Assembly (NCBI RefSeq): GCF_004010195.1
Contig: NC_057753.1
Location: 12,170,842-12,234,841 of the forward strand
Reading direction: 5' to 3'
DNA: 64,000 nucleotides
Source: Chiloscyllium plagiosum
Lineage: Eukaryota
Shown here: positions 49,600 through 63,800 of the stretch, piece by piece
Layout: each line of letters starts with the position of its first letter
Position numbering within the stretch: position 1 is the first letter of the stretch
Position numbers and translations under genes: made by a program
Notes under the pieces: generated by a model
The model's input: only the letters and a program-made list of their open reading frames with translations
The model's database searches: none
What the model was told of the DNA's origin: nothing

Positions 49600-52525
49600 G
49601 CTCTTTGCAGAGCGAGGGAGATCGAGGTATAGAAATGTGATAGTTACAGGAGATTCAGTCGTAAGGGAATAGATGGGTGTTTTTGTGGGTGGAAACAAGA
49701 GTCCAGAATGGTGTGCTGGCTGCCTGGTGCTGGGATGCTCGATGTCTCAGAGCAGTTGCAGGACATTCTGGAGGGGAAGGGCAAGTAATCAGTAGTCGTG
49801 GTACGCCTTGGTATGAACAACATAGGAAAAAAACTAAGATGAGATTCCAAAAGCAGAATGTATAGAACTAGGAAAAAAGTTGAAATACAGTACCTCAAAG
49901 GTACTCAACTCAGGATGACTACCAATGTAATGACGGAGTCAAAATCGAAAAGCAGGATGTATATGATGAACACCTGGCTTAAAAGATTGTGTAAGGAGGA
50001 AGTTGTCAGATTGGCCGGGCATTGGGACCGGTTCTGAGGGAGTTGGGACCTGCACAAACTAAAATGATAACACTTGGACTGATGTTTTGGGGGTTTAATT
50101 GGTTAGACTAGTTGAGGAGGGTTTAAACTCGTGTGACAAGGGAATGGGTACCAGAGGAGTAGAGCAGCAAATGGAGAAAGTAAGGGAGATTTAGAAGCAT
50201 AACAAATATGACTAAGGAAAAGAACAGGAAAGGTAACGCTGCTGAAAAGACCAGGGGAGGTGGTCTGAAATCCATATATTTCAACGTGAGAAACATAAGT
50301 GGAAGGAATAGGGCCTGTCAAAGCAGGAAGTTGGAAGTTGTGTGTGGAATCTGTGGAGATGAGAGTGGTGTTAAACTGTGGTGCTTCACTCAAGAACACG
50401 GGAATATTGTAGAGGAGAAGGCTGAGATACGGGCAATTAGGCTTGAAACGATTGAGGTTAGTAAGGAGGAGATGTTATCAATTGTAGAAGGTGTGAAACT
50501 AGATAGGTCCCCTGCGCCTGAAGGGATTTTTCCGAGAATTCTCTAGGAAGCTAGGGGGAGATGGCGGAGCCTGTGGCCTTCATCTTTGATTCGACATTAT
50601 CTACAGGTTTCAGGCCAGACGAGTGGAGGATTGCAAATGTTGTGCACTTGTTCAAGAAGGACAGTTGCGATGACATAGCTAATCGTAGACCAGTGAGCCT
50701 TATTTCTGTTGTAGGGAAAGGTTTGGAAAGGTTTATAAGAGATAGGATTTATAATCACCCTGCCAGCAACAATTTGACTGGAAAGAGTCAACATGTATTC
50801 ATCAAGGGCAGGTTGTATCGCACAAATCTCATTGAGTTTTTTTGAGAAGGTGACCAAGTATGTGGATGAGGGTAGGGCAGTTGATGTGTTGTACATGGCA
50901 TTCAGTAAAGCTGTTGATACGTTTCCACATGATACGCTATCGGAGAAAATGCGGAGACATGGGAAGGAAGGTGATTTAGCAGTTTGGATTAGAAACTGGC
51001 TTTCTGTAAGAAGGCAACGAGTGGTGGTTGATGGAAAATATTCTGCCTGGAGTCCAGTTACTAGTGGTATGCCTCAAGGATCTGTTTTGGGACATTTTAT
51101 AAACGACGTGAACGTAGGCATAGGTGGATGAGTTAGTATGTTTGCAGATGATACTAAAGTCAGTGGAGTGGTGGGTAGTGTGGAACAATGTTGCAGGTTG
51201 CAAGGAAACTTGGATAAACTGCAGAATTGGTCTGAAAAGTGGAAAATGGAGTTCAATGCAGACAAATGTTAGGTGACTCACTTTGGGAAGAATAAAAGGA
51301 AGGCAGAATATTGGTTCAAAGGAAAGATTCTTGGTAGCGTGGATGTGCAGATTGGTATTGAAAAGCAAAAGGTATTGTGTGCCTTAAAAAGCATTAAGGT
51401 AGATAGGTCCTCAGGACCCGGTGGGATTTACCGCAGAACATTCAGGAAGGCAAATGAACAACATGCTGCTGCATTGACAGATATCCTTGTATGCTCTTTG
51501 GACACAGGTATGATCCCAGAGGACTGCAGAATAGACAATGTTGTCCCATTGTTTAAACATAGAACAGGGATAATTTAGGAAATTACACGCCTACGACCTT
51601 CACACAGTGGTAGGGAAATTATTGGAAAACATTATCAGCGATAAGATCTTTACGTTTCAGGACCAATTGGTCTGAATCGTGATAAATAGCACGGTTTTGT
51701 GCAGAGGAGGTTGGGACTCACTAACTTGCTTGATTATTTTGAGAAGGTAATGAAGATAACTAATGAGAGAAATGCAGTTGATGTGGTCTACATGGACTTA
51801 ATTAAAGCTTTTCTCAAGGTCCCTCATGGCAGGCTGGTGCAAAAGGTAAAGTCACATTGCAATAAGGTGAGCTGGTAAGATGAATACAGAACTGGCTTAG
51901 TCATAGGAGACAGAGGGTAGCGGCAGAAGGATGTTTTTCGGAATAGAGACTTGTGGCGAGTGGGGTTGCACATGGATCAATGCTCTGACCTCTGCTGATC
52001 GCGGTCTACATAAATGACTTGTAAGAAAACGTGACTGGTCGATAAAGTAACGTTGAGGACCATACGAAGATTGGTTGGAGTTGCAGATAGTAAAGAGGGC
52101 TCTCAGAGAATATATCAGGATATAAATCATTTGGAGGCATGGACAGTAAAAAGGCAGATTGAGTTTTATTTGGACAGATGTGAGGCGATGAATTTTGAAA
52201 GGTCAAGTACAGGTGGAAATTTAAAAGTGAATGGCAGAACTTGTAGGAGTCTTGATATGCTCAGGAATCTGTGTGTGCAGGTCCACAGATCACTGACGGT
52301 GGTAGTTCAGGTAGATAAGGGAGCAAAAAAAGGCCTATGGCGTGCTTGCCTTCATTGGAAATGGCATTGAATATAAGGATAGAAAGATATGCTGCAACGT
52401 TATGGAACCTCAGTAAGGCCACGCTTGAAATCTTGATAAAGTTTTGGTCGCACACTACTGGAAAAATGAGACCGCAGAGGAGAGGGTGCAGAAAAGGTTT
52501 ACAATGATGTTGCCTGGTAAGGGGG
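49600..52525 (+). mobile_element. CR1 LINE fragments (ORF1 esterase remnant and two RT fragments)
   Basis: VTGDSVVR...SRMVCWLPGA (GDSL-like ORF1). DRSPAPEGIFPRIL, RPVSLISVVGK, MPQGSVLG and MFADD follow; a second RT copy starts at about 51350. Confidence 0.85.
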
Positions 52526-52539
52526 AGTTTTTTCTAAAA

Positions 52540-55500
52540 GCATTTTGGGGCATAAGACAAGCTTCCGGCCAGAGCTTCGTCCTGTGATGGACAGTAATTG
52601 GGATAAGTGGAGATCCTACACTACACAACCAAGGGTACAGAGCACTTGCAAGCGCTTACCACAGGATAAAAACGAAGCCCAAGAGGGTGGAAAGGAGGTG
52701 AAAGGCCTCGGTTGTTTCCATAATCGTAAAGTGAGACTCCTAAAGACACAGTGCGAGATCATTAAAGAAAGGAACTGTGGGAAAAGATGTGGTAAAATAA
52801 GCTAAGCGACTGGCGTCAGTGAAGGTCGTAAAAGAGACCCCAAGAAGAGCCAGGGAGCTGCAGGAGAGTGCACAGTCTCGTCGGGGTTGGGTGTGGAGTT
52901 AGTACCTGATCTCTCCAAATAATTTACCTCTATTATGAAGGTAACACAGGAAAAACAGGCGGAGAAGGTCAAGAAGTTATAATTTCGAGAGTTATAGGAT
53001 CTAACCAGTCGCTGGTGGTAAGGAATGAGCGAATATGCCCTCTTTCTGATCTGTTCCTCTTTCTGATCTGTGTAATTTGTGGGATAGATGGACAGACATT
53101 TAGCATTAACCTGTGTAAAGTCAGGATGGAGTGCCAACTTAAGTCTGGGGAAGTTACAGTGGGAGTGATTGACAGAGTGTCAGTTCCAGGAATTCAGTTT
53201 GTCTTGGGAATGATTTGGCAGGATGCAAGGTAGGGGAGTGACACCTCTTGTTGTGGGGAAGCTCAATAAACAACAAGAAACTGAGGATTTAAAACATAAA
53301 TAGCCTGGTATTTTGTCAGACTGCGTGGTCACCACATCCTACTATCATAAGTCACAGCACGAAGCGAAAAGTAAAGTGAATAGTGAAGGAGAAGAGGTTC
53401 AGTTAGTAGATACACTTATGACTTAATGGTGCTGGGGAACAAAAACAGAACTGGCAGAGAGACACACAGAAGTATTCAGTCCGGAAAGGCTCAGAGACTT
53501 GCAAAAGCATGACAAGACAATAAAAGATGTATTTTTGTTTGCTTACTCTGAAAAGCAGGCCTAGAATATTCCAGGTTATTATCTGAAAGATAGAATCCGA
53601 AGAAGGAAATAGAGACGACGGCAGGATAGTGCAGAGAGGAAGTCGGCTAAGGTGCATCAGATTGTGTTGTCGGTAGCATACAGACAGGAGGTCATACGCG
53701 TAACACATGAACTACCCATAGGAGGTCACATGGGATACGAAAGTTACAGGCTAAAGTACAAAAACATTGCTATTGGACTTGAACGCGCAAGGATGTGATT
53801 AACTTTTGATGTACGTGTCATACATGCCAACTGGTATTTAAGTCAAAGGCAGTAATAAAGCCACAACTTTGTTGCCAATTCCCCCATTTGGAGAACCTTT
53901 CAAGCGGGTTATAATTGATTGTCTATGACCGTGCCCGAGTACAAAGTGAACCAGTACTTGTTCACCATAATAGATGTGTCTACCAGATTTCTGAAGGCAA
54001 TTCCATAATGGAGTTTCAAGGGGAAATGGGTAGTAAAGGAGTTAGTAGCTTTCTTCACACGGAATGGTCTACCCAGAGAGATTCAGTCGGACCAAGGGTC
54101 AAATTTTACTGCCAGGCTGATTAAAGAGGTTATGGATAGTTTAGGTATACAGCACTTTAAATCCAGTGTGGATCATCCTGAATCCCAGCGAGCTTTAGAA
54201 AGTTGTCATCAGACCTTGAAGACCATGTTGAGAAAATACTTTTAGGATTACCCGAATGATTGGGATAAAGGCAGCCCATTGGTATTGTTTACCATGAGAA
54301 ATGCCCCACACGAATCGACTCAGTTTACTCCTTTTGAGTGAATATTCGGTCCTAAAGTGAGAGGCCCTTTGAAATTAATGAAATAAAAATTGACAGGACC
54401 AAAGTCGGAGTTCTTGCACTTAGATTCGGTATCGGAGGTGAGGGAGAGATTAAACTGAGGAGATGAGTTCGGTAAACAGCACCTGTCGAGGGCACAGTAT
54501 AGAATGAAGCAGGTAGCAGATAAAAGCTCTGAGACGCTAAAGTTTTCCTGAGAGGATAACATATTAGTACTGTCACCAGTGATAGGAGATCCCTTCAAAG
54601 CCAGGTCTAGTGGTCCCTATCAAATCGAGAAAAAGTTGACTCAGGCGAACTATTGAGTAAAGATGCCAGATAGAAAGAGAGACATACTGCGTTTGTCATG
54701 TGAACATGTTTAAACCGTATTACACTGGAGAGAAAGAATTAGAGAAAAGGTGTTAGTTACTGCCCCCCAGAGGGAGGAATCAAATCCAGACGATATTGTT
54801 TTTGAAGTGCCTCAAAATACATTAAAAGATGAAGACGTCTTTTGGCCGTGGTATGCGTTAGCAAGCTATCTGTCTCAGGAGCATAGAATGCAGTTCAAAA
54901 ATGTGTTACTGCAGCACACAGACATATGTAAGAATCAGATGGGGTGGACTAATGCTATTGTACATGAAGTAGACATAGGAAATACTGCTCCAATAAAACA
55001 ACACCCCTATCAGCTGAATCCTTTCAAAACCAGACAGGTCCAGAAGGGGGTGGAGGCCATGCTCGATGAGAACATCATCGAACCAAGCCAGAGCGAGAGG
55101 AGTTCGCTGATCCTCTTATTTCCCAATCCGGATGGGACTCAAAAGTTCTGCGTGGATTATCAGAAGGTCAACATCATTACAAATTCGGACTCATATCCAA
55201 TTCCAAGATTAGAGGATACCATCGAGAAAGTCGGACAAGCCAGTTACATCACCAAGTTAGACATAACGCGTGATTACTGGAAGGTACCTTTGTCAGAGTT
55301 GGCGAAAGCAATTTCTGCGTTAGTAACCACAAATGGGCTAGATCAGTTTAAAATAACGCCTTGTGGAATGAAGAACGGGCCCGCCATATTCTAAAGACTC
55401 ATGAAGAGAGTTGTGGCTGGGTGAACAAACTGTGTAGTCCATTTGGACCATGTAGAGAACTTTAATAAGTCCTGGAAAGATCACATGGTACAGCTGACGG

Positions 55501-55554
55501 AGCTCTTGGAACGATTATGATAGGCAGAAGTGGTAATAAACGTAAATAAAATGG
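52540..55554 (+). mobile_element. Gmr1-type Ty3/gypsy LTR retrotransposon internal region (IN upstream of RT), decayed
   Basis: Integrase HELPIGGH...CHTCQ, IIDC, QSDQGSNF, HPESQRALE and GPY at about 53700-54720. RT follows at 54750-55394 (IKQHPY, FCVDYQKVN, DSYPIPRLED, KLDITRDYW). Confidence 0.82.
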
Positions 55555-56054
55555 NNNNNNNNNNNNNNNNNNNNNNNNNNNNNNNNNNNNNNNNNNNNNN
55601 NNNNNNNNNNNNNNNNNNNNNNNNNNNNNNNNNNNNNNNNNNNNNNNNNNNNNNNNNNNNNNNNNNNNNNNNNNNNNNNNNNNNNNNNNNNNNNNNNNNN
55701 NNNNNNNNNNNNNNNNNNNNNNNNNNNNNNNNNNNNNNNNNNNNNNNNNNNNNNNNNNNNNNNNNNNNNNNNNNNNNNNNNNNNNNNNNNNNNNNNNNNN
55801 NNNNNNNNNNNNNNNNNNNNNNNNNNNNNNNNNNNNNNNNNNNNNNNNNNNNNNNNNNNNNNNNNNNNNNNNNNNNNNNNNNNNNNNNNNNNNNNNNNNN
55901 NNNNNNNNNNNNNNNNNNNNNNNNNNNNNNNNNNNNNNNNNNNNNNNNNNNNNNNNNNNNNNNNNNNNNNNNNNNNNNNNNNNNNNNNNNNNNNNNNNNN
56001 NNNNNNNNNNNNNNNNNNNNNNNNNNNNNNNNNNNNNNNNNNNNNNNNNNNNNN
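55555..56054. other. Assembly gap
   Basis: Run of 500 N. Confidence 1.
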
Positions 56055-56619
56055 CACCAAGGTCGGATATCATTGAAGAACATATGATTCAGGAACGTCC
56101 TTCATGAAGCAAAGCTGCTAAATCACTCCGTGTGGCCGACGTGTGGCATATGATACGTTACAAACTATCCTCTGAGATGGACGGGCAGCAAAGAACAATA
56201 CTGCCAAGGATGTTTACATTCCATTTAAAAAAAGAAGTCAGAGTAGATGACTGTCAGGGTCCTTACTTCTTGAATATTAATTTCTTGAACAATTCTTGCA
56301 GGACGATTCTGATGCATTTCATCTGGCTTTTGGTTCCTGTAGCAAATGCATGAAATTTCGAACTAATCACTTCAAATTAATCATTAAAAGGGAGATTCGC
56401 TTGGAACAATGAAACAATTTCTTCACTGACCGTGTGTCAAACTTCTGGAACTTCATTCCCCTCAGAATTGTGGGCGTGCTTACTCCTGAAGTCTACAGTC
56501 GTGGACGCAGGCTGCTCACCAGCACCTTGTTCCCTGAAATTAGTACTGGGTAATAAATGTTGGCCTCACGAATGACTACCACAGGTATATTGTTATAATA
56601 TGTTTGTTTTTCGGAATTA

Positions 56620-58240
56620 ACTGTGATAGTGTAATGTTGGGAGATGATCAGCCGTGACTATAGTTCATGTAGAGCTGGCTTTTAGGTGGAATGTCCGGCA
56701 TGATTCTATTGCTGATATTGGCCCCTCACCACTATGATTTCTGGCGCTTGCTGAAAGAAGAGATCTGCAACAACATAGTTTGATCTGGAAAGTGAAAACA
56801 ACTGCTCTATTTTCTATCGTGTGTCAATACTATCAGTTTGAAAGGTTATTCTGTCCTGGGCTTTGTTTGAAGAGACGTTGTAAAGGCATAGGTTTAGAAC
56901 AGCATTCGGGAGAGGTCTTAGGTAAACAAGGTAAGAGTGATTTAGTTTTTTTTTAATGAAGCTGGAAGAATGGAAGCAATGGGAGTGACTAGATCTCACA
57001 AACTATGCTTTCTAGGTTTTTTTTAGCTTGATCAGCCAGAAGCTGTTTGCGGTCCAAGAAGACCCGAACTCTTCAGTGAGCTGCTACTTTCTCTGAAATC
57101 CGTCTTGATGTTGTTTCCTCCTGTATTGGAGACTGCATGAAAGAACCTGTCTTTGAATTTACCTTTTGTGCCAAGAGGTGCGTTTAGAATACGATATAAT
57201 AGATCAGATCAGAATATAATAAAATAGAATAGAATAGCACTTTCTTTATTGCAATGTATACTCCATTTTAAGACTATAGTGGAAACGTTTTAACCTGTCT
57301 GCCTTCTTATGCCGAGATCTTACTTCCAAGTGCCTCGGTACACATCCTGAATACAACAGAGCAATAAATATAGCTGTATTAATTTACAGGGATAAAAATT
57401 AAGTTGAACAAAGACTATTTAAAGGTTTGACATTACAGCAAGGTAAGATATTTCAAATACACATCACATTGCAGCAGCTTAGCACAGGGTGCCCACGCAG
57501 ATCTCAATCTCACTGCCGTCTCAGCTCCGCTCGAAGACTCCAGTCTGCTTCATTGTGCCACTCAGCTGCTCCAAGGTAAATTCGAGTACGACCTTCCCCA
57601 GCCAGTCTTGGGCCAAAACTCGCTTCTTACTTGCGGCTCCAAAGCTGCTTGCTCGTGCCATTCTGTGACTCATAGCTCACGTGCTGCTCCGGGACTTGCA
57701 GCCCATGAACTGCTCCAGAGATTCTGGGTTTTCGCAGTCCACGTGTTGTTTCAGGTTGTGCAACCCAGGCGTGGTGTCAGGGCTCATTGCTCTGGTACAT
57801 GCTGCCCATGCCTGCTGCTGCTCCATGATTCACTTTTGTGGCTAGGGAAGAACAAGAAAAAAAGACAGAAAAGAAAAGAAATAGAAAGAAAAAGAATTGG
57901 TGGGGTAGAAGACCTCTCGCAGGAGCATCTTCCTCTGCCATCATCTTGCCACGGAGATGTTATCAAATTTATTGCGTTATGACAATTAATTAGCAACCGG
58001 TACTGCACCTATTTTTCGGTTATGGTTTTCAATAGTTAAGCTGTTCTAAATTCTGCTTTCTTTTTTGTGTCTATTAACTACAGTGTTTGAATAAATTGTG
58101 TTTGGTTTAACCTCGTGTTGGCGGACCAGTCACATCACATCTGGAACAACCAGTTCGCATCTATCTTTAAAGTAAGAAAATGTTAGGTTCTAGGCTCCAT
58201 CCTTAAAATATTTTCAGGGGCTCTGGTCAAATCCATAGTA
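56620..58240 (+). mobile_element. Probable LTR with a nested insertion at about 57230-57950
   Basis: The 3' end (AATAAA...GGTTCTAGGCTCCATCCTTAAAATATTTTCAGGGGCTCTGGTCAAATCCATAGTA) resembles the reverse complement of the start of the solo LTR at 2099. The 5' boundary is uncertain. Confidence 0.4.
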
Positions 58241-59138
58241 ATTGGAAAATTGGGAACAAGGAGTTGACATGACAAAAATATTTCAAAATATGCATACGTT
58301 CAAGACGCGAGTGTAAAAAATCCGTATTTTATGCACAGGTGAAGAATAAAGAAGGATCAATGCAGCAGTTCGATAACAGGACTGTAAGAGAAAGAAATGT
58401 TTTTGTTATCGAATCGCATCAGAGTATACACGTCATTGACAGAGGAGTGCATGGAACTCGTGGTGGTGATGCCTGGAGAAGGAAAATTAGAGTAGGGGCA
58501 AAGGAATAGAAGAACAGGATGCTTTGGTGAAAATGGTTTGTGATGGTTAGGGAGTGAAAGGTTAGTGTAAAGTACAAAATTCTGGTTGACGGTTGATTAG
58601 CCCGCCCCTGCCTTGAACATCTTACATCATGTAAAATTCAGAGGTTCGGGTAGCACAGCGCAGAATAAGACAAATTTTCTTTGTCCGGTATTTAAGTTGT
58701 AGCGGACGCAGCAGATGCACTTCCTAGTGAGTAACAGTAAAACCAGAACAAAGCCTACAGAAACGGAAACAAACTGAGCATTTTGAGTCTGCCAGGCAAG
58801 TTCTCACGATGGTGCACAATCTCAAACAAACCAAGGTAGGATTAAACTAAGTTAAAATAAAGTTAACTTTCAATTCAAATAAAGTCGAAGTGGAAAACTC
58901 TACTCACATGAAGGAGGAATATACCTCCCATGACGATTAAAGTAAACAAAAGAAACGCATAATTTTTGACGATGGAAACCCAGCTCAACCGAATCTATCC
59001 TTTTCACTTGATTTTCAAATAAGCAGTAAGAAACACAGTTTATGCTTTTCCATAAAATCCTGTTGGAAAATACTTTTCCATCTACATTTAGACTAGGATT
59101 TATTTTTCCTGAAGGGAAAAAATCCTACAAATACAAAT

Positions 59139-60887
59139 TTAAAAACAGATGGCCACAAAACGGTCGAAGGTAAAGGCAACTGTCAGCCAGACCGAACAAT
59201 CCCAGATGGCAAAGACTACTACGATGCTGAGAGTGCATGCAGGAGTGGTAGACAAGACACTTTCCCGGAAGTAGAAGCGGCTGATTCGGTTGAGGATGAC
59301 TGCAAAGATGATGACAAGGAAATCAGTCACTGCGATTGCCACCAGGTAGTAGGAGATGCACCGGGAGAGACCGCACCGTCCTCGATATAGAACTATGATT
59401 GCCAGCAAGTTGGCTGTGAGAGATCAAAAGAGAAAGATATAACTGAACGCATTCCAAACACTATCTGCTGCTTTGTGCATTCTTCAAACATCAACCTGCC
59501 ACTTCCAGTCTCTGCCTTTTCTGACACTGTTGACAAATATAGGACATCCAGTGCAGCATCAAACATCTATCAATATAATCAGTCCTGGGAATAAACATCG
59601 CTCTCTGGTCACTAAATAAATACCAGTTGTGATTTGTACAATTCAGGAACAAATGAAGTAATGTTATTGCGATGAATTCATACCAAACCCCGGTCAACCT
59701 TCAACTCATAAAGATGAACGAGTGATGTATCATTCTTTATAATATCAACCTACGACTTTTCTGAACTTTAGATGACTCACCACATCGGCTTCATAAAATC
59801 ATACAAAATGATCTGAAATCTCAGCTAACTTTAATCTGTTTCCCGTGTATCCTAAAATTGATACTACTAACTATGTCACTTAAAGTTTTAACTCATAAAG
59901 CCACTCGTAACACTATCTGGAATTGTCACCTCAGCTGCTCTGCTTCTGCGCCCTTCTATCAGATGTTCCATTGATCAAAACTTTTGGCAATATCTCACAT
60001 TTCTCGAGTCTAAATCGGTTTGCAAAAGTTGTTTTGGTGAATGCTACATACAGTGAGGTATTTCGAGGCGAAATGCCACTACACTTTCTCGTAATTGTGA
60101 ACAACGCTTTTCTGGGTATTATATAAAAATACAATTATCCAAAATACTCGAAACTTTGCTGCAGAGAATCAAAATATCAATAGCTTAAAAATATTGCATC
60201 TCCACTGACGTCTTTGGATAAACTTCAATGAATTCCTGAAAGCACTGGTGCCATCCATTGGGAATTCTATACTTTTACATATCCTTCCATAGCACACACT
60301 GTAGATTAATATGATTACTAAAGGTTTATTTAAATACAAACATCTTATAAAGTACGACCACAAAATAAATCATCTTCAAATACTGCAATGCGATCCATGC
60401 AGAAGAGCATTTAACTACACTATGATAAAATATTCATCCTACACTCAACTAAAAGGCTAGATTGCATTCTGTTGAATTGGAATGGATACTATATGTAACA
60501 ATATTTACAATTTAATATTCAGGCATATCTGTTCCTGACAATTCAGCTTCTAATGGACCAGTTTCCAATAAATACACAACATGCAAGAAACAAGAACAGC
60601 TTGCTTTGTATTAAAATGAAATTGCAAGTAGTGCACGATTATTTGCCTTGGGACTATAGGATCCATAATGCAATGTATGCACAGGAATCCGGTTGAAGTC
60701 ACTTAAAATCAAAACGTTCAATATTTTAAAAGATCAGCAGGATCCTGAAAGTGAAAAGAATAGTTTTTTCCAAATATACTATTAGGTAAACGATTTTCTC
60801 GAGCGTCAGTGTCTTACCAGGGGCTCCAATAACTGCGAGAATTGAATAGCAAATGAGAAAGAAGGGGGCGATGACTGGCGCGTGCAT
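59139..60887 (-). pseudogene. GPR139/GPR142-like GPCR truncated after TM3 (exons 60818-60887 and 59139-59413)
   Basis: Intact exon 1 MHAPVIAPFFLICYSILAVIGAP/GTAAGA. Exon 2 ANLLAIIVLYRGRCGLSRCISYYLVAIAVTDFLV...WLTVAFTFDRFVAICF* is followed by unrelated sequence. Confidence 0.82.
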
Positions 60888-63800
60888 CTTCGTTCAGAAA
60901 CGATAGCAGTTGGCTGTTGCTGTGGATGTTGGTTCTGTGACACATTCAAGTGGGCTCTCAATTATTCTAAGTGATTGTCTCGAGAGTGACAATTAAAAAA
61001 CAGCATGCACCTTACTTACAGTCCGCTAAACAAAGAGATTAACTCTCTGCTTCATGTCTTTAAACAAGGTGAATGATTGTATTTGAAGTTGGGACAGGGT
61101 CGTTGGAATTCCTTTGTTTCGTCCAGCTCAACAAATCATGATGTTGTATCTGTATCAAGTAGATCCGCCAATGCTAGACATTGAGCTCCTGAATCTGAAC
61201 TTTCTTTCTACTTTTACTTCTGCTATTTCCCAGTTGATTAATCATTTAAAGCGTTGTCCTAGATTTTCATTTGTGTTCATTCATATATCTTTTAGTGACT
61301 GATATTTTAACATTTTCATAAATTTGTGTTTGAACTTTTGGGAAACAAGCATGGGGAATTAGGGAGCATGGGAAGTTAATGTGGTTATGGTTATCAAATG
61401 CAAATCTTGTCACACTGAATCTGAAAAATCCTTCATTTAATCTGAACGATCAGAATGCCGAAAGTCCGTTTAAGTGCTGAAGTTCCTGTTCACAGCTGCT
61501 TGTTCAGGAACAGTTGATCGACGTCAATGTTTAATATAAGGACAGAAATATCAGGTTAACGAGTGACTAGAAGCTGGTTTAAAATATGTTGCCAGGTTCA
61601 TCAGCAAAACAGACTTGGTCAATGTAATGCAGAAATTCCACAGTGTTTTCAGGAACAATTGGGATGAAGCTGATTGTAGTGTTCACAGGGACAGACGTAG
61701 TGTAACTTTGAAAGAGGTATATAAATTTGCAGTCGCAATTAAGACACGTAAAGTTGCAATATGAACCAAGACATTGTCTAATCCAGTAAATAACGTGATT
61801 GCATAATGCCATTAACACTGTGCCAAGAAACAATAATTCAGATAGAGGCTAATTTCATACATCAGTGACACAGAATGTAAGACTTGACAGTTCAGTACAG
61901 GCCCTTCGGCCCTCAATGTTGCGCCGATCTGTGGAACCAATCTGAAGCTCATCTAACCTACACGATCCAATTTTCGTCCATATGCCTATCCAATGATTAT
62001 TTAAATGCCCTGAAAGGTGGCGAATCTACAACTATTGCAGGCGGTGCGTTACACGCCCCTTGCTACTCCAGGGTGGATGGGTCAATTACTTAGCGACACA
62101 GGTTCAAAGTGCGAAGGGGAGAGTTCAGAAGGAATGTGCGAGGGAGAGGATTTCCAGATGAACGTTGGCAGAGGAGGAGACAGAAGCAAGCACAAGACCG
62201 GATTTTACGGAGCTGCTGGACTAATATAGCAAGAGGAAGGGAATTAAACGATACAGATCCTGTTTGTAAAGGCGGTGTCAGTATGGAATAGAAAATATGT
62301 GTCAGCGCAGGCTCAGAGGACTGAAGGTCAATTTCCGTGCTGAATTGTTATTTGTACTCCGTCTTTCCTCAAACCCCTCTTATGGAAGTAAAATGGCCCC
62401 ACTTTCTTCACTCCAGTTCCATTAGGAAACTCCCTGGACCGTGAAATAATTCTTGCAAATGATTCTGAGTGCTCTGTCATTCCTTGACATCCGTCCTAAA
62501 GAACGTTGCCCAGACTCTGGCACAACGATCGCGTTGGTGTCAAAGCGTGTTCTACAGATTTAACACAACCTAGTTGGTTTTTGTTTTGGCCCCAAATCCC
62601 TCTTAATAAAGCTTATGAAGCCGTATACTTTATTTTATAACCTCTCACGACAGTTTCATTACTTTTGGTATGGTTGCCAACTTTCTGCGACAGTCCATGA
62701 CCACACTGCTCCTCCAGTTAACTTTGCAAATAATCGTCATTCTGCAAATCGGGGAACTCATCCCCCTCGACTTCACTTTTCTGGCAATTGCTTCAAATTA
62801 TTTCATTTCGTTTCAGAAGCAATACCTCTCACTTCGTGATATTTGTTTGCTATTTCTCATCCCGTGAATTCGTCCCAAACTCCCGCAATTGGCGTTTGGA
62901 TTCAGTCAGTGACATTTACACTGTGGTTTCAACGTCACTGAGGACTAGATTCTCATGATATCAAGGTCATCAGTTTATTCGTGATCACGTCTCTGTATTT
63001 TCTGGCAAAGTGTGCTCTGAAATCTGCATCATATGGCATCTTTACATTCGGGCGGCTATGTTGGCTGAGTGGTTAACACTGCTGCCTCACAGCACCAGGG
63101 ACCCGGAATGGTTTCCAGCCTCGGGTGACTGTTGTGCGCTGCAAATACCTCCTTCCTCCCGAACTGGAAGAAACACGTTTCTACCTGTTTCTTGTTTCCT
63201 TCTATTCCCTTCCATTTTCCTATCCCCACTTTGCAACGGTCCTGTCATCACATTGAAACATTCACTCCAACCAGTCAACGTATCAGCCAGCTCCACACTC
63301 TGAACTGTCTCCTTATGAATGCAAACCTCTGAATATATCTATCTGTTATGTTGGCACTTCATGTATTGACAGAGCTTTGTTCTGGAGCGATTTACAGTTG
63401 AACCAATATCTCCACATGCATTTGATTCAGCCTTTATCCGAAGACTGAAAAATTTCTATGAAACCTCTTCATACTGTCGACCTTTGCGAGAAGGCCCAGT
63501 CTTTTCAAACTTTCCAAATCACGCGTAATTCTGCTCAACCGTTTACTCAGTGTTGTAAAATAAAATCAAAGTTGATGATGCAAAATGCTATGATATCTGA
63601 ACAGGAGAGGCCATTCCTCCATTTATTTGGGCCCTAAAATGAGGGATATTAGGGCGGCCCGTCTGTCTTCACATTATGCCCCACGCTGTTTCCAAATACA
63701 CTGAGCCCTTTTGTATTCAAACATCGATCAAAGTGTGGATTACATATCGGATCCCTTAAGAAATGGATACGTTTTAATTAGATATGGCTGTTCTTTTATA

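Noticed and set aside
63050-63140. tRNA-like sequence (also about 41390 and 43945)
   Set aside because: These are tRNA-derived SINE heads and lack a complete cloverleaf.
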